Shown: positions 1 to 13,069 of the stretch, in pieces
Position numbering within the stretch: position 1 is the first letter of the stretch
Layout of the letters: each line of letters begins with the position of its first letter
Origin: Negaprion brevirostris
Taxonomy: Eukaryota
DNA length: 64,000 nucleotides
Direction of reading: 5' to 3'
Assembly (NCBI GenBank): GCA_030324005.1
Contig: JARDVH010000073.1
Span: 80,956,377 to 81,020,376 of the forward strand
Made by a program: the position numbers and the translations under genes
Notes under the pieces: model-generated
What the model was told of the DNA's origin: nothing
The model's input: only the letters and a program-made list of their open reading frames with translations
Databases searched by the model: none

Positions 1-69
1 GACTAAAACCTGGTGTTGTCAGACTTTTTACTGTGTTTACCCCAGTCCAGCGCCGGCACATCCACATCA
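1..69 (+). mobile_element. 3' end (pLTR end plus tail) of Penelope-like family A, cut by the window edge
   Basis: cctggtgttgtcagactttttactgtgtttaccccagtccagcgccggcacatccacatc matches 27003-27062 and the reverse complement of 52188-52250. Confidence 0.75.
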
Positions 70-899
70 GGGAAGTCTTCAACAGGAGTATTTGTACTAT
101 TATGTATTCAAGTTACTCTGTGGACCCAGATTTCTGAGACTCACATTTTAGGGAAAATGAGATTGAATTGTGATAAAAGCAGTTCAATGTTCCCAAAATC
201 TGAATTTATCCACACAAATAATAATGATGTTTTAATCTGTTCGATTGACAAAACTTACTTATTAACTAATAGGCAATAGCCGCCTGGGGGTTTGGTGTTT
301 AATGCTGTATTAATGAGGATTATTTCAAAACAACCCTTCCCACATATGAGAAAAACCAGTGATTAAATGCAAATTGATATTTCATCAGGTGCTTTAGTGT
401 CTGCAGCTGTCAAGCTTGCTGTTGCAGTGGCTGCAAGAATCTTTCAATCCTGGCAGCCTGAAGGTGTGGAGAGGTCAAAGCAAAAACAGTCTGGACTAAT
501 TAGTTTATTTTAATTTATCATCTACAATTCTGCACTGGCTAATTATAGCATGACCAGGATAGCTAAGGGAATTCGTGTTCAGTTTTAGCTGACTTTCAGC
601 TTATTGTGGCAATAGACCTGTTGTCAATGGAGATACAACACCTACCTAACCTGTTGTCAGTTTAAACATACAGTAAAATAATTGTGTGCAAGTTATATAT
701 GACATGTATTATATATATGATTTTTAAATATCACCAACAACCAGAGAATGTCACTGATAAGTATACAGCACGTAAGAATACAGTAAGCCTGGTCACTTCC
801 ATGGAGCATCATAAATTATTTTAAGAATTTGGTATTGTAAGGTGTCATCAAGTTAAGCATTATGTTTTTATGTAATGCAAGAGGAAATCTTTAAAAAGA

Positions 900-1400
900 T
901 ACGGATTGAAGGAAATGGGGCACTTTTCAAAACAGTAGATTTACATTGTTACATGGGAACTTCAGGAGGCAGTGGTTTGGGTGCGTGCCAAGAGAGAGTG
1001 AAGAGTACAGTGATACTCATCAAAACCTTGTTGCAGGTTAAGCTTACAATGTCCAAGGCATAGCCAAGGTTCTTCTCCATACATCAGTTCTCCCATGTTT
1101 AAAATTAAAGAACTTTCTCCAATCAGTAGAAGGGTTGACAGCATACTTTAAGGTGAATGTGTAGTAAAAATGGGAAACTCAGATTACAGACTACACCATT
1201 CTGTCCTGGAGGAGGCGTGAATCTCAATGTGCATAGAACATTTTGGATATACTCTTCGTTTGGACAATTGGTGATGATTAAAGCATTATATAACAATAGA
1301 ATCAGCCAACCACTACATCAAGATGATTGACACAAGGAAAGCTGTCCAGCATAGATCCTTCTTGGTACTAAAGGCAGCTATCCACCACACTCATGTTGAA
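900..1400 (+). mobile_element. Very decayed LINE ORF2 remnant, possibly RTE clade
   Basis: gtagatttacattgttacatggga resembles the V..F.YLG motif; a later segment resembles the RTE 'SVLEEA...LRW' region; many stops. Confidence 0.3.
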
Positions 1401-2141
1401 GAAACCTTTAAGAGCTCAACTACAGGTACGTTGTGCCTGTAAGGTAGGTAGATCAAATGTTCAAATACTCTTGTGATCAAGCAGCAGAGATATTAACAGC
1501 TCATGCTGAACTGCTGCATCTCCAACTGCTGAAACAGTTATGACACACTTGAGTGTTCATTTTTACATTGAAGTTCAACACCTCCAATAAACACCAATGT
1601 TCAGTGTTCTACAAAGCAAGGTCACAAACTCAAATGCCAGTTGCTTCCTTTCTTGTCCTGAGAGATTTATACAAAGTCTGTGATACTCAGGCAGCAATTT
1701 TCATTACATGAGTAGGTAGATTTTCAAGATTTTAAGTTCCATCCATCATAATAGTAAATATTTTTGTATCAAATTTAGTAGGTTGGCAACAGTAATGAAT
1801 AAAATTTAACTCCAGATTTATCTAGACCATAATCCCACCGAACATCAAGTCATTGTTTCCAGAACTGTCATTGACTTCATAATCTTAGAGTTTTTTTTCC
1901 AGTTTCCAACCTCAGTTCTCAACAACCCACTTCTACCTCCTTTGCAAGATATATGACAGAAGGACTAACCTGACTTAGCTATTGTTTCAACATGTTTCCA
2001 TCACACTTAACTATCTTCCTGTTTCAATTCTATTTTTACTTCTCTTGTTCACTCTCCTCCCACTTACATCCATAGCTCTTCCAATGTCTCCCATCACTAA
2101 TGAACAGTTTATTTCCTGGCCCAATGGACTTCCTTTCATCA

Positions 2142-2290
2142 TGTGGATGTGCCGGCGTTGGACTGGGGTAAACACAATAAANNNNNNNNNNNNNNNNNNN
2201 NNNNNNNNNNNNNNNNNNNNNNNNNNNNNNNNNNNNNNNNNNNNNNNNNNNNNNNNNNNNNNNNNNNNNNNNNNNNNNNNNAGACTTTTT
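2142..2290. mobile_element. Fold-back Penelope family A insertion (interior in N gap) with 14-bp TSD
   Basis: TSD acttcctttcatca at 2128-2141 and 2291-2304; antisense tail on the left, sense pLTR end 'agacttttt' on the right. Confidence 0.75.
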
Positions 2291-3113
2291 ACTTCCTTTC
2301 ATCAACAGACATCGGGTCCCTCTATGCCTTCATCTCTCAGCAGAATAGTCTGAGAACCCTCCCCATTTCTTCTTTAAACAGAGGCCAAATGCTTCCCATT
2401 ACCATTACTTTCCTCCGTCTGGTTGTACTTGTTCTTACAGTGAACAACTTCTCCTTCAACTCCACTCAATTTCTTCTAGAGGTGTTTCAGTGGGTTCCTG
2501 CCTTGTTATGGGATATGGGAATTATTCTTTGTTCCAGCCCTACTTGGGCCCTTCCCTCACCTCTTTCTCTGGTACACTGATGACTGCTATCAGTGCAGTT
2601 TCCTTATCTCACCCTGAACTTGAAAATTTCATCTCACTTCCAATTTCCACCATTTTCTCACCTACACATAGGAGTCCATCTCCAATTTTTCTCTTTTCTT
2701 CTTTGAATCCTCAGTCTACATTTTTGGGAATAGCAATAGGTCATCAACAATATTTACTGTAAATTGTCCAACTCCCGCAGCTGCCTCAACTACACTTCCT
2801 CCCACCTCACGTCCTGTAAGGACTATATTGCTCTCCCCCAATTTTCTCAATAGCTATAACATGTCCAAATGATGCAACCCTCCATACCAGTTCTTCCGAT
2901 AAGCTTTCCTTTTCCTCAACTCAAGATTCCCCAACAACAGTGTTGACCAGGCTTCAACCACATCAACTCTATTTCCTGCACTTCTGCTATAATCCCTTCT
3001 CCCTTCAAGACTTCCTGTTGTCCTGATTTTCCACCACATCAACCCTGATATTCAATAGATTATCCTCTACCATTTCTGACAATTCAGCACGATACCACCA
3101 CACACATCCTCCC

Positions 3114-3428
3114 AGAATCATAGAATCCCTACATAGTTCTGATGAAGGCCATTCGGCCCATCGAGCCTACCCTGACAATGATCCCACCCAGGCTCTATCC
3201 CAGTAACTCAATATATTTACCCTGCAAACCCCCCCGAACACTAGTGGACAATTTATCACAGCCAATCCATCTAACCCGCACATCTTTGGAGTATGGGAGA
3301 GAACTGGATCACCCGGACACAGAGACACAGGGAGAACAGGCAAACTCTGCACTGAGTGACCCAAGCTGGGAATTAAACCTGGGTCCCTGGCTCTGTGAGG
3401 CAGCAGTGCCAACCACTGTGCTGCTCAC
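3114..3428 (-). mobile_element. HE1-type V-SINE
   Basis: Reverse complement has a tRNA-like head (cacagtggttggcactgctgcctcacag), V-domain and HER1/CR1-like tail ending ctatgattct. Confidence 0.9.
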
Positions 3429-4772
3429 TGCAGAATTTATTTAGATTTTCTTTCCTGGCTTGCTCTTTTCATTGGTCTTGTTTCTCTCTATTTTCCTTGA
3501 CTATGCTTTTGTAGGGCAACTATTCAGGATTCTACCCTTCCCATATCCTTTGGACACATCTTTTACTTCTTTACATGCCCTACCAACATTGTCTTGGACT
3601 TTTACTGTGGAACCTTTCATCATTTAATCCCACCTGCCCTCCACCCTATCATATACCTTCTCTTTTCTTCTTTTTCTGACCTTCCCCCCGCCGCCCCCCC
3701 GCCTTTTCATTTGTTCAGAAATTACACTTTATCTTATTCCAGTTCTGTTGCAAAGTCATAGACCAGAAACATTTCTCCCTCCTCAGGTACAGTTCCAAGT
3801 ATTTTATTTTCCATTTGTATTTGAATTTCCAGCATCCACAGTATATTGTTTTTGCATCTGGGTTTATCTTGTCTGTACATAGTATATTGCACAATTATCA
3901 AAAAACTGTAAACCTCAATCTGATCCTTTCCCCAAGCCAAAATTTGGCAAATAACCCAACAAAGAGATTAATTTACACAGTGAACTCTGAAAACAGCTCT
4001 TCTCTCAAATTTACAGGCTCATAAAACCAGCATTTCCATCTTCAAAGTAAAATCTATTCAGAAAGTGTGTGAGAGCTTAGAGATTGCTGCACTGAGGCAA
4101 CATATTGACGGGATGTTATTTATAACTACAATTCCAGTCCATTTTATGAAGTAGTAAAAAGAAAACCACTCATATGAAATGAGTTTCAACAGTGACAATC
4201 AAGTTCCCAGTATGAATGAGGTCAAAGTTCAAGTTTGCCTCTAATTTGGCACTTAATTGCTGATCTTATTCAGAAATCTCACCCGATGTCTGCAATACAA
4301 AAACTTCAAACTGCCACAGAAGTGATTCCCTTCCCAAACTGCAACTGAGACCTAACATGTTGACAGATTTAGGAACTTTATTCTGTATCTAACAAAAATC
4401 TGCAAAAGCTGATGGGAGTGGTTGATGGAGTTCCAAAATTGGAAACCATTTCATTCTCCAGCACCAAGATTCTTCATTTCAACAATACAAAATTAAAAAG
4501 CACAATTCTTTTAGACTCAAGTTTTCTATTTACTGTTTTTTTTTAAAAGGTGACTGAAGTACTTTATTTCAGGAGTACAATACTGATGCAAAAAAATCAC
4601 CACATTGTCATGGAGACCAATGTGCTGTGCCATGCAACTACCACAAACAATATCACTGCTGTGGCGTGTGACATTTTATGGAGAATGAACACAGGAACAG
4701 GAATAGGCCATTTAACTTCTCAAGTCTGTTCTGCCATTTAATGAGATTGCGGTTGATCCGTGAGCCAACTGC

Positions 4773-5288
4773 ATTTGATTTGATTTGTTACATGTATTGG
4801 CATGCAGTGAAAAGTATTGTTTCTTGCACTGTACAGTCAAAACATGTTCATAGAGTAAATAGGGGAAAATGAAAAGTTAGGGTGCATGATAAAGCATTGC
4901 AGTTATAGGTAGGGTGAAGAGAAAGATCAGCTTAATATATGAAAGGACCATTCAAAAGTCTGATCTCAGTAAGGAAGAAGCTGTTCTTGAATCTGTTAAT
5001 ACATGTTTTCAGACTCTTGTATATTTTTCCCAACAGGAGGAGATGGAAGAGAGCATGTCCAGGGTGCATGGAGTCCTTGATTATGCTGGTTGCTTTCCCA
5101 AGGCACTGGGAAGTGTAGACGAGTCAATTGATGGGACTCTAGTTTGTGTGATGGACTGGGTTATGTTCATAGCCCTTTGCAGTTTCTTGCAGTTTTTGTC
5201 AGAGCAGGAGCCATACCAAGCTATGTATGTTTTCTATGCTGCATCTGTAAAAATTGATGAGAGTCATAGGGGACATTCTGAATTTCCA
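4773..5288 (-). mobile_element. Rex1/Babar LINE 3' fragment
   Basis: Minus strand gives FYRC...AWYG.CS...KKLQR...SIDSSTLP.like C-terminal motifs and an (AAATC)n tail. Confidence 0.7.
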
Positions 5289-6105
5289 AATACTCAATAT
5301 CTCTCAATACTTTTAGTAAATAAAAATCTATTTGGTTGGTGTCTGCCACACTGCTTTTCCAATTGATTAGCTGCTGTTGGCTACTGCTGTTTAAATCTTA
5401 CTATCACAGTGTTAAACAGTCTCATGGTTGCGGTCAGTATCTTGGCTCAAGTGAATGGGGTTTACAGATATCAATCAAGACACATCAATCAAGATAAACT
5501 ATATAATTTTACCTAATGTCCAACATATAATCCTGCCATTGCACTGTCCAAGCCTTCTATGAACTTATAGATAATTGAACAACATGGGGCATGGATAGAT
5601 GCAATGCCAGCCAACTGAATCCAATGCAGACATTATATATCCCCCCTGCAAGTTGCCATCCATTCAGTCAGAGAAAACACCCAGTCTATCTGAATTATGA
5701 TTCCATGATCATCAGCAGTTTTCTGATGATTGGCCTATTTGTAGTTGGCAGATTACCTCAGATTGCAGAATATCTCAGCTGATCTTACAGTTGTTCAGAA
5801 TATGATCCCAGATCTTCCAATCTCCGGACCATAAACTAGGCATATGACCCAAGACGCAAGTTGGGCACCGCAGAAGTCCTAAGGTACTGACCTCAATGGG
5901 GATTGCCTGGGAAGTTTGAACTTCCGACAAACAATTTCCTTGTTCCCTAGGACCCTCTCCAAGAGTGAGAAACTTCAGATAGTTCTGTGGGATTTATCTA
6001 GATAGTTACCCAAAAAATGTTAGGTAGAAACAAACCTAGTCTAGTCTAACTCCAGGGTAATTACAAAACTGAATTCCCCTCACCCCCTCCTCCATGATTC
6101 CAAAC

Positions 6106-6729
6106 TCATAGAATCCTTACTGTGCACAAGAAGGCCATTTGGCCTATCGAGCCTGCACCGACAACAATCCCACCCAGGCCCTATCCCTGTAACTCCACAT
6201 ATTTACCCTGCTAATCCCCCAATACTAAAGATAAATTTAACATGGTCAATCAACCTAACCTACACATCTTTGGAGAGTGGGAGGAAACCAGAGTACCTGA
6301 AGAAAACCTACACAGACATGGGGAGGGACTGTTAGCTGGCAAGTCCCCGGTTGGCAAGTGGGAGGCTTTTAAGGGCAAACTGAAAATGTTGCAGGAAAGG
6401 TATGTTCCGGTTAAGAGGAAGGATGGGAAAGGTAGGATTAGAGAGCCGTGGNNNNNNNNNNNNNNNNNNNNNNNNNNNNNNNNNNNNNNNNNNNNNNNNN
6501 NNNNNNNNNNNNNNNNNNNNNNNNNNNNNNNNNNNNNNNNNNNNNNNNNNNGGTAGGTGTAGGAGGATGCGGCGGCGCGGGCTCGTTGGGCCGAAGGGCC
6601 TGTTTCCCATGCTGGGTTGTTCTTTGTTTGTTCTTTGTTCACACAGACAGCCACCCAAAGCCAGAATTGAACCTGGGTCCCTGGCACTGTGAGGCAGCAG
6701 CACTAACCACTGCACCACCCTATCTTGCC
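6106..6729 (-). mobile_element. HE1-type V-SINE split by a CR1 insertion
   Basis: SINE tail and body at 6106-6325; head resumes at 6640 (cacacagacagcc...cactaaccactgcacc). Confidence 0.85.
6321..6640 (+). mobile_element. Young 5'-truncated CR1/HER1 LINE (middle in N gap)
   Basis: EGLLAGKSPVGKWEAFKGKLKMLQERYVPVKRKDGKGRIREPW is a CR1 ORF2 linker; 3' UTR gggccgaagggcctgtt and gttctttgtt-type tail; CpGs retained in the 3' UTR. Confidence 0.85.
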
Positions 6730-9700
6730 TAACTACCATCCTACCCATCTGCTAGCTCACCTACCCACTCACTCATTCACTAACATTCATACTGGACATT
6801 TAAATTTACCAAATAGCAGCTAGTGCCATGAAAAGCTGGTTTTGTCTTACCCTGCCCTTTTCCATTGTGTATTAAAAGTTTGACAATTAAGAGCAGGAAT
6901 ATCCTTTTAATGATGTGATAATTGCTAATACTTGAACAGAGAAATACTCTATCTCAGAAAGTTTCAAGTTGGTAAATCTCATTCCAACATATAGTTAATG
7001 GTTGCTAGAGATTTTAAAGATCACATCTTTGCTGATCGAGCAACTCTGACTGCCTTAGCTAAAAACAGCTAACTCAGTAAAGGCTATGGATCAAGCCTGG
7101 ATCCTTTTAATTTGCATGCAACAATTATATACGCCAGGATTTTTTTAAAAGAAGGTTGCTCAGGGGGATGTGCGGGCAGGAGAGGGGGCTGCATTACAAG
7201 TCAAAAACTTTGGCTATTTCTTACAAACCAGTATCAAACAATTTGTAGTAAATCAGTCCAAATGCTATTTGTTAGCAGAATGGTGCTTTAAAAGGAGGAA
7301 GTTACTAGGGAAGAAGGGTACTTTTGTTCTATTTTCTTTTGTTACTATCCAAACACTTCAAAGCATCTATCTTCACAGAAAAGTGACATCCATTAAATCA
7401 CTGACAAGGTGCAGCCACCTGCATCGAGCCAATCCCAGTATCGCCTCTCTGGAAAAAGCACACTGCAATCTAGGAACTTAACTGGAGCAGACAGAAGGAG
7501 AAAGGGCAAGAAACAGGGATCGATCAGCATCGAAAAAAAAACTGCAAACAGTATGGCAAGGGGCTCCTTCCTCCCACACAATAAAATTGCCCACAATTCT
7601 TAAAGCAAAGCTGCGTTTTTGACATGAGACAACCCCTCCAGGATACAACTGAAAATCTCACACCTCCAATTTGGCAAATGTTTACTTCCCTCAGTGAGAG
7701 CTATTTTAGCTAGTCTGGGCAGTGAGGGGGAAGGGAAGGGTTTGGAAAAGAGATGTAATAACAATCAAGGCAGAGAGAGTGTGAGCAACAGGGATTTGAA
7801 ATGATTGTGGTTTTGCTAATACTCTCCTAGCAGCTCATCCATTATTTATGCTGATAAAATTCAATGAGAGTAAACTGCACTTTCCTGCTGCTCAATCAGC
7901 CTGGATAATCATCAACTCCTGTGCTCCACTGCAAGTCTGCCATGATTGGCTCAATCTACCTCTGAATGCTGTCATAAAAGACTATATTTAATAGTCGAAA
8001 GTAAACACATTTCTTTAGTGAAAGGAATCCACAGCCCCAATATCATAGCCAGTTCACATCTAGCACGTGACACAGTTGGTTGCAATACTGCTACATAACA
8101 GACATTTGGGAAGGGAATGTGGTAGTGTGCCTTTTAAACAGCTTTAAAATATGAGTGCATTTGGCTATAAACTCTGCAACAAAATTGACTCTAATGATTG
8201 AGAGACTTATGGTGGTACAGCTCTTCAAGTTGCAAAACAAACTTTTACCTTCATCAGATCATTCATTTCCTTTGCATTTAATTGAATATTTAAAAGAAAT
8301 CTTGGTGAACAACACTGACTTCCCTGAATACGTCAACCAATCCAATTAGTCTGTGCATTTTAAACCAATTGAATTGTTGAACATTCAACCTCTCTTCCAG
8401 CTAGTTTGGAAAAAAAAAGTGATGATCACAATCTTAAGTTTATAGCTTTGTTTTTCTCTCTCAGGCACGCTTGTGGGCAGGCACACAGATCCACATGCAT
8501 GCATTCCCTCTGCGTGAACACACTGCGGAACGTAAATTGAACTGTTTTGGTTTATGCCTTGCACATTTTGAGCCAAGGGATTTGGCTCATTAAACATTGG
8601 TGAGTGTATTTTCAGAAAAACAACTTGCATTGTTGACTCTCAGAACGATCTACTAAATGGTCATATTGCTTGATGAATAATAAATGTGATACGTGCACCA
8701 TATCTCCAGGAACAATAGGTTCAATTTGAAAACACCTGCCAAGCATATGCAACTTTGGGTTTGGCTTCAAGTGGATACACTTTTTTTTAGGGTGGCTGCC
8801 TGTGGACAACTGCTTCTGCATAAAGGGAACTTCAGTCATAATTTAATTGCACCAATTGCATTTCATCTATTCTTTGACTTGTGTTAATAGAATTTCTAAA
8901 AAGCTCAGGGCCAGTCACAACTCAGCTACTGTCTCTCTGTTCTTAGGTAAGCAATACATTGTCAGTTCTGGAATCATGCGGGAATTGAGCGTCAGCAGAG
9001 GGAGGTTAAAAAAATGGTCAGGTTTGATCTCCAGTTGGCGTTACTTCATCTCAATCAGAGCCAAGTTTTTACTCCCTCCTCTCTCCCCTGTCCCCAACCC
9101 CTCCTCCTGTTGGGCAACGGAGATTTACTAAAAAGTGACAACTATATGTATATAACGTGGACCCTGCAATACAGAAGTGATTCAGAAGAATGACCAAAAG
9201 CTTCACTGAAAACATGGACTTTAATTTAAAATAATAACTTCTGTTCTAATATTTTATGCTGATTCAAAATGCCAATACATCATATACTACTTCCACATCT
9301 CCTGAAAGGCATTTCTTTTGATCTTTGTGTGGAAAAATTTTTAACATTACATTCTGAATGCAATGTTCTTTCTCCAAGTACTATGGCTCATTGAGTTTAT
9401 TTTCCTTGTTAATCAGGTCATTAGAGATTTCTAAAATTTTAGATGGTAGCGCTGACATGATATTCCAGGTGGTGCATTGTCACATATTAATTTCTTTTCT
9501 CCTGTCACTGAGCTCAGTGCTGTGTCAAACTTTGCCTTGTTTTGTTGAAAGAGTATCAATTTTGATTAATGTGTTGATATTTAACAATCTTTCCTTTTAC
9601 ACTGCAAAATAAACAAGACTATCAGCAAAATAAGTAACCTTTCATATGTAGCGCACATAGTGAGTGCTGATAAGCGGCATGTGAACAGGAACGCCGGCTC

Positions 9701-9999
9701 ATTTTCCTCCCCCTAATCCACTGCCCCTCAAAACCAATTTGTCTCCTGTACAGGAATGTCACTTGAGGCATTATAATAATGTAAATAAGTGTTGATTGTG
9801 AAGTAGAGGTCACAAAGACTGAGGTAAAGTGCTGGACAACATGTAAATGAGCTGGAGTCTCATATTTGGAGTAGGCAAGCAGGAAGGCTGAAGCTCATCA
9901 CTGAGGACAACTAGTCACAGAGTGTGATCTTGGGAATTAGGTGAGTGAGGAAGGAGGGGAACAGCTAAATGATTGGGGGATTTAGCTTCTTTCCTGCTG

Positions 10000-10378
10000 C
10001 CATCAGACTTTTGAATGGACCTACCATATATTAAGTTGACCTTTCTCTACACCCTAGCTATATTCTATATATAGAATACTATATTCTGCACCCTCTCCTT
10101 TCACTTATGATGAGAAGGGGAAAGTTCAAAGGAGAAGTGAGGGGCAATTTTTTTCCCACACAGTAGTGGATGTCTGGAACACGCTGCCAGGGTGATGGTA
10201 GAGACAGATACAATAAGGGCAATTAACAGGCTTTTAGAAAAGTACATGAATACACAGGGGCTAGAGGGATATGGGCCAACGGCAGGCAAAAAAGATTAGT
10301 TTAATTTGGCATCATGTTAGCTGCAAGATCATAGGCCAAAAGACCTGTTCCTCTGCTGTACTGTTCAATGTTCTGTGG
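10000..10378 (+). mobile_element. Rex1/Babar 3' UTR piece followed by a CR1/HER1 3' end
   Basis: ccatcagacttttgaatggacc is the reverse complement of the motif at about 4946-4965; then ggggaaagttcaaaggaga...ttttcccacacag...gacctgttcctctgctgtactgttc. Confidence 0.65.
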
Positions 10379-11029
10379 TGCTGAACCTGGCAAAAATATA
10401 GCAAGAGTTTAAAAATATAATTGTCATTTTGACAGCAGAATCCCAGATAATTAACTATTCTTAGTAGGAAATTGCTGGAATCCACAGTTCCAGACATGAT
10501 GGCATTTCATTTAGAATTCTCATTTTTGCAGCTTTCTTACCAAAGTTAGCTGATGATGAAATGAGAATAGTGCCTGAGAGTGTACACTGTGGATACAGAG
10601 CACACTTCAACACAGGGACCAAGTCTAAACCCGTCTGCTAAGTGAGTTCCTATGCAAAGCCTCAAGTTTGTTTTCCATTATACACTTAATTCTGAGTTTG
10701 GATTAATTTTGAATTAGTTTTTTTGGGTTTAGGGGAAGCGGCTTCCAGCAGAAATGTCATCATAAAATGTTAATTGGTATGAATTGTCTTTGACTGCACA
10801 TGATTATTTTGTCTCTTTTCATATCAAGAGGAGCAATTATCCTCATGAACATAAGAAATGTGTTGTAATTTGATAGGCGTTTGGGTTTTTACAAAACCAC
10901 TAGGAGAAAATAAACTTTGCACTGGAATAGAAACTGTGTTTCTTTTCTACAAATGTCTTCCAATTTATTTTCCTCTCCTGAGTGTACTGATTCATGCAAA
11001 AGTACAAAATCACTGGCGACCACTAGTAG

Positions 11030-11420
11030 GCAATTATACTCTGAAGGCCATTATAGCCAGGCTCAACATACATGCCTGCATACTTTCCATCAAAGTAGCT
11101 GGACAGAATCACAACATATCAAACAGAGGTGTGAACAGCAGTACAGTGGTAGAAGGGTCTGGCACATATAGGGTTAACGTTGGACTGAAGACCCACCACA
11201 GTGATCTAACAGAACACATAACCTGCACCTAGGAGTCAGTCTTGTGTTGGACAGAGCCATGTGCACAAGAAAGCATGGAAACTGCTCCCATATACCCACA
11301 CTACTTAACACTACAAAGACTTCATTTAAGACCAACTGAAGAGTATCCAACAATCCACCACAGCTAAACTAAATGAGATTACATACTGGTGGCTAGAACC
11401 TTACTGGAAGTTTTAACAGA
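11030..11420 (+). mobile_element. Decayed LINE remnant, RTE-like
   Basis: Weak resemblance to the RTE C-terminal region (acatgcctgcatacttt...tggacag...tgttggacagagccatgtg). Confidence 0.3.
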
Positions 11421-12059
11421 ACTCTCAGCTTCACCATTACCAATTGAGCCATCAGCCCAGCCTGCCCTGTGACTGCCTATCTGTTTTATGCTCAAAAGTC
11501 CTCGGTCGTTAGCAGGAGAAGCAGTGAATCCACAGTGTAGTATTAGCTATAATTATTATCCAGTATCAACAAACACTTCACAATGAATCAATTTTCTAGC
11601 ACCCACCAANNNNNNNNNNNNNNNNNNNNNNNNNNNNNNNNNNNNNNNNNNNNNNNNNNNNNNNNNNNNNNNNNNNNNNNNNNNNNNNNNNNNNNNNNNN
11701 NNNNNNNNNNNNNNNNNNNNNNNNNNNNNNNNNNNNNNNNNNNNNNNNNNNNNNNNNNNNNNNNNNNNNNNNNNNNNNNNNNNNNNNNNNNNNNNNNNNN
11801 NNNNNNNNNNNNNNNNNNNNNNNGTCATGGAACTTCGGTCTGTCTGCCCCTTTTATACAGGGAAGAATAAATATTGATATTCAACAAGGAAACAAACAAA
11901 GCAATTCCCTTTTCCTGTATACATTGCCTTCTTGTGCCTCAGAAAAGTACTGAACATAGGATGAATTCTGCAGGGGCAGCCATTTTCTGCTCAGCAGGAT
12001 TTGGTAAACAATTGTAAGATGATTGATTTGTTGGTACATTTATTGCTGGAGCTGACCAA

Positions 12060-12282
12060 GCAATGAATTATGGCCATGACACCTGGGAACATCTCATGTT
12101 CTTCAAATTGTACCATGGAATTTTTTTTACATCTTTCTGAATTATTGGAACAGGCAGATGGAACTCATCTCATCTGAAGAGTTAGTGCATTATCCCAAAG
12201 ACATACCAGTGGGTCAACCTGGATTGTATTCACCAGTCCTGGAGTGAGGCTTGTAACAACTTTCAAAGATGCTGTGCTACCA
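12060..12282 (-). mobile_element. SacSINE1-like DeuSINE fragment
   Basis: Reverse complement resembles the head and Deu-domain start of 63056-63300 (ggccatgacacc...ttcttcaaattgtaccatgg). Confidence 0.55.
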
Positions 12283-12405
12283 ATGATGATGAAAAGGTCT
12301 CGGCTTGAAACATAAAATTCTGCAAGTAATGCCTGACCTACTGAGCATTTTGAACATTTTTTGTTTTTAATTTCAAGTTCCCATTGCAGTATTTTGCTTT
12401 TGTGC
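12283..12405 (+). mobile_element. Penelope family B pLTR fragment with decayed hammerhead core
   Basis: gatgaaaaggtctcggcttgaaac...atgcctgacctactgagcatttt...gcagtattttgcttttgt. Confidence 0.55.
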
Positions 12406-13069
12406 TGCTAGGCTAACTCTTCATGAGCATAGTGAATACAATATTACGTGGCAACATAGTCTCTTGACTCATGCAGTGTTGTTCACCACAGAATCATTAA
12501 TATATGGCCTCTATAGTATTCGCACATTCAAGACTATAAGGGTCAATGTGGGGACTGAGGAAAGGGTAATGCCCATGTTATGATATAGAGAGTCACATGG
12601 GAGTATTAGAGTGCAGTTGTGAGTCTAGTAGAAGTCACCATGAAGATACAGTACTAACTAGATGGTATCATACACATATATATGTTATTAATACACAGTA
12701 TTGTTCAACCATATAAGTCTTCAGCCCTCTTCATAAAAAATACAACCTCATACCAGTTTCCTGGGCTCATTGACAAATTGGAATAACTATTTATAAATAT
12801 TTATTCCTGTGCCTTATCGATTTACTAACTAACTTGTATGATTATTGAACAATTACCTGTGAGCCACATTTTTTTTCTTAATTGGGCGACTAGGTCAGAG
12901 ATTACATTAATCGATGTTAACAAATTCTTAGCTCTTGAAAAAGTCTTCAACAAGACTATCATTTCACACAGTATGTTCAGCACCAGAATAAACAGAAAAT
13001 GAGCAAATTCACAAGTAGGTGAAGTAGTCACGTGTCATCAAGTAGATCGATTGAAGTATTTTTAATGTT

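Larger units (their letters stand above)
1810..3870 (+). mobile_element. Decayed Penelope-like element, family B (RT region and pLTR), interrupted by a fold-back insert and an HE1 SINE
   Basis: Translation TDIGSLYAFISQQNSLR...FLRLVVLVLTVNNFSFNSTQFL matches Penelope RT 'MDVQSLYTSIP...LLRLAELVLTLNNFSFN'; pLTR-type end tttccagcatccacagtatattgttttt near 3826-3853. Confidence 0.8.

Noticed and set aside
3136-3165. ctgatgaaggccattcggccc resembling a hammerhead core
   Set aside because: It is a mutated antisense HE1 tail, and no GAAA box follows
4914-5366. 150-aa ORF
   Set aside because: Antisense to a Rex1/Babar fragment
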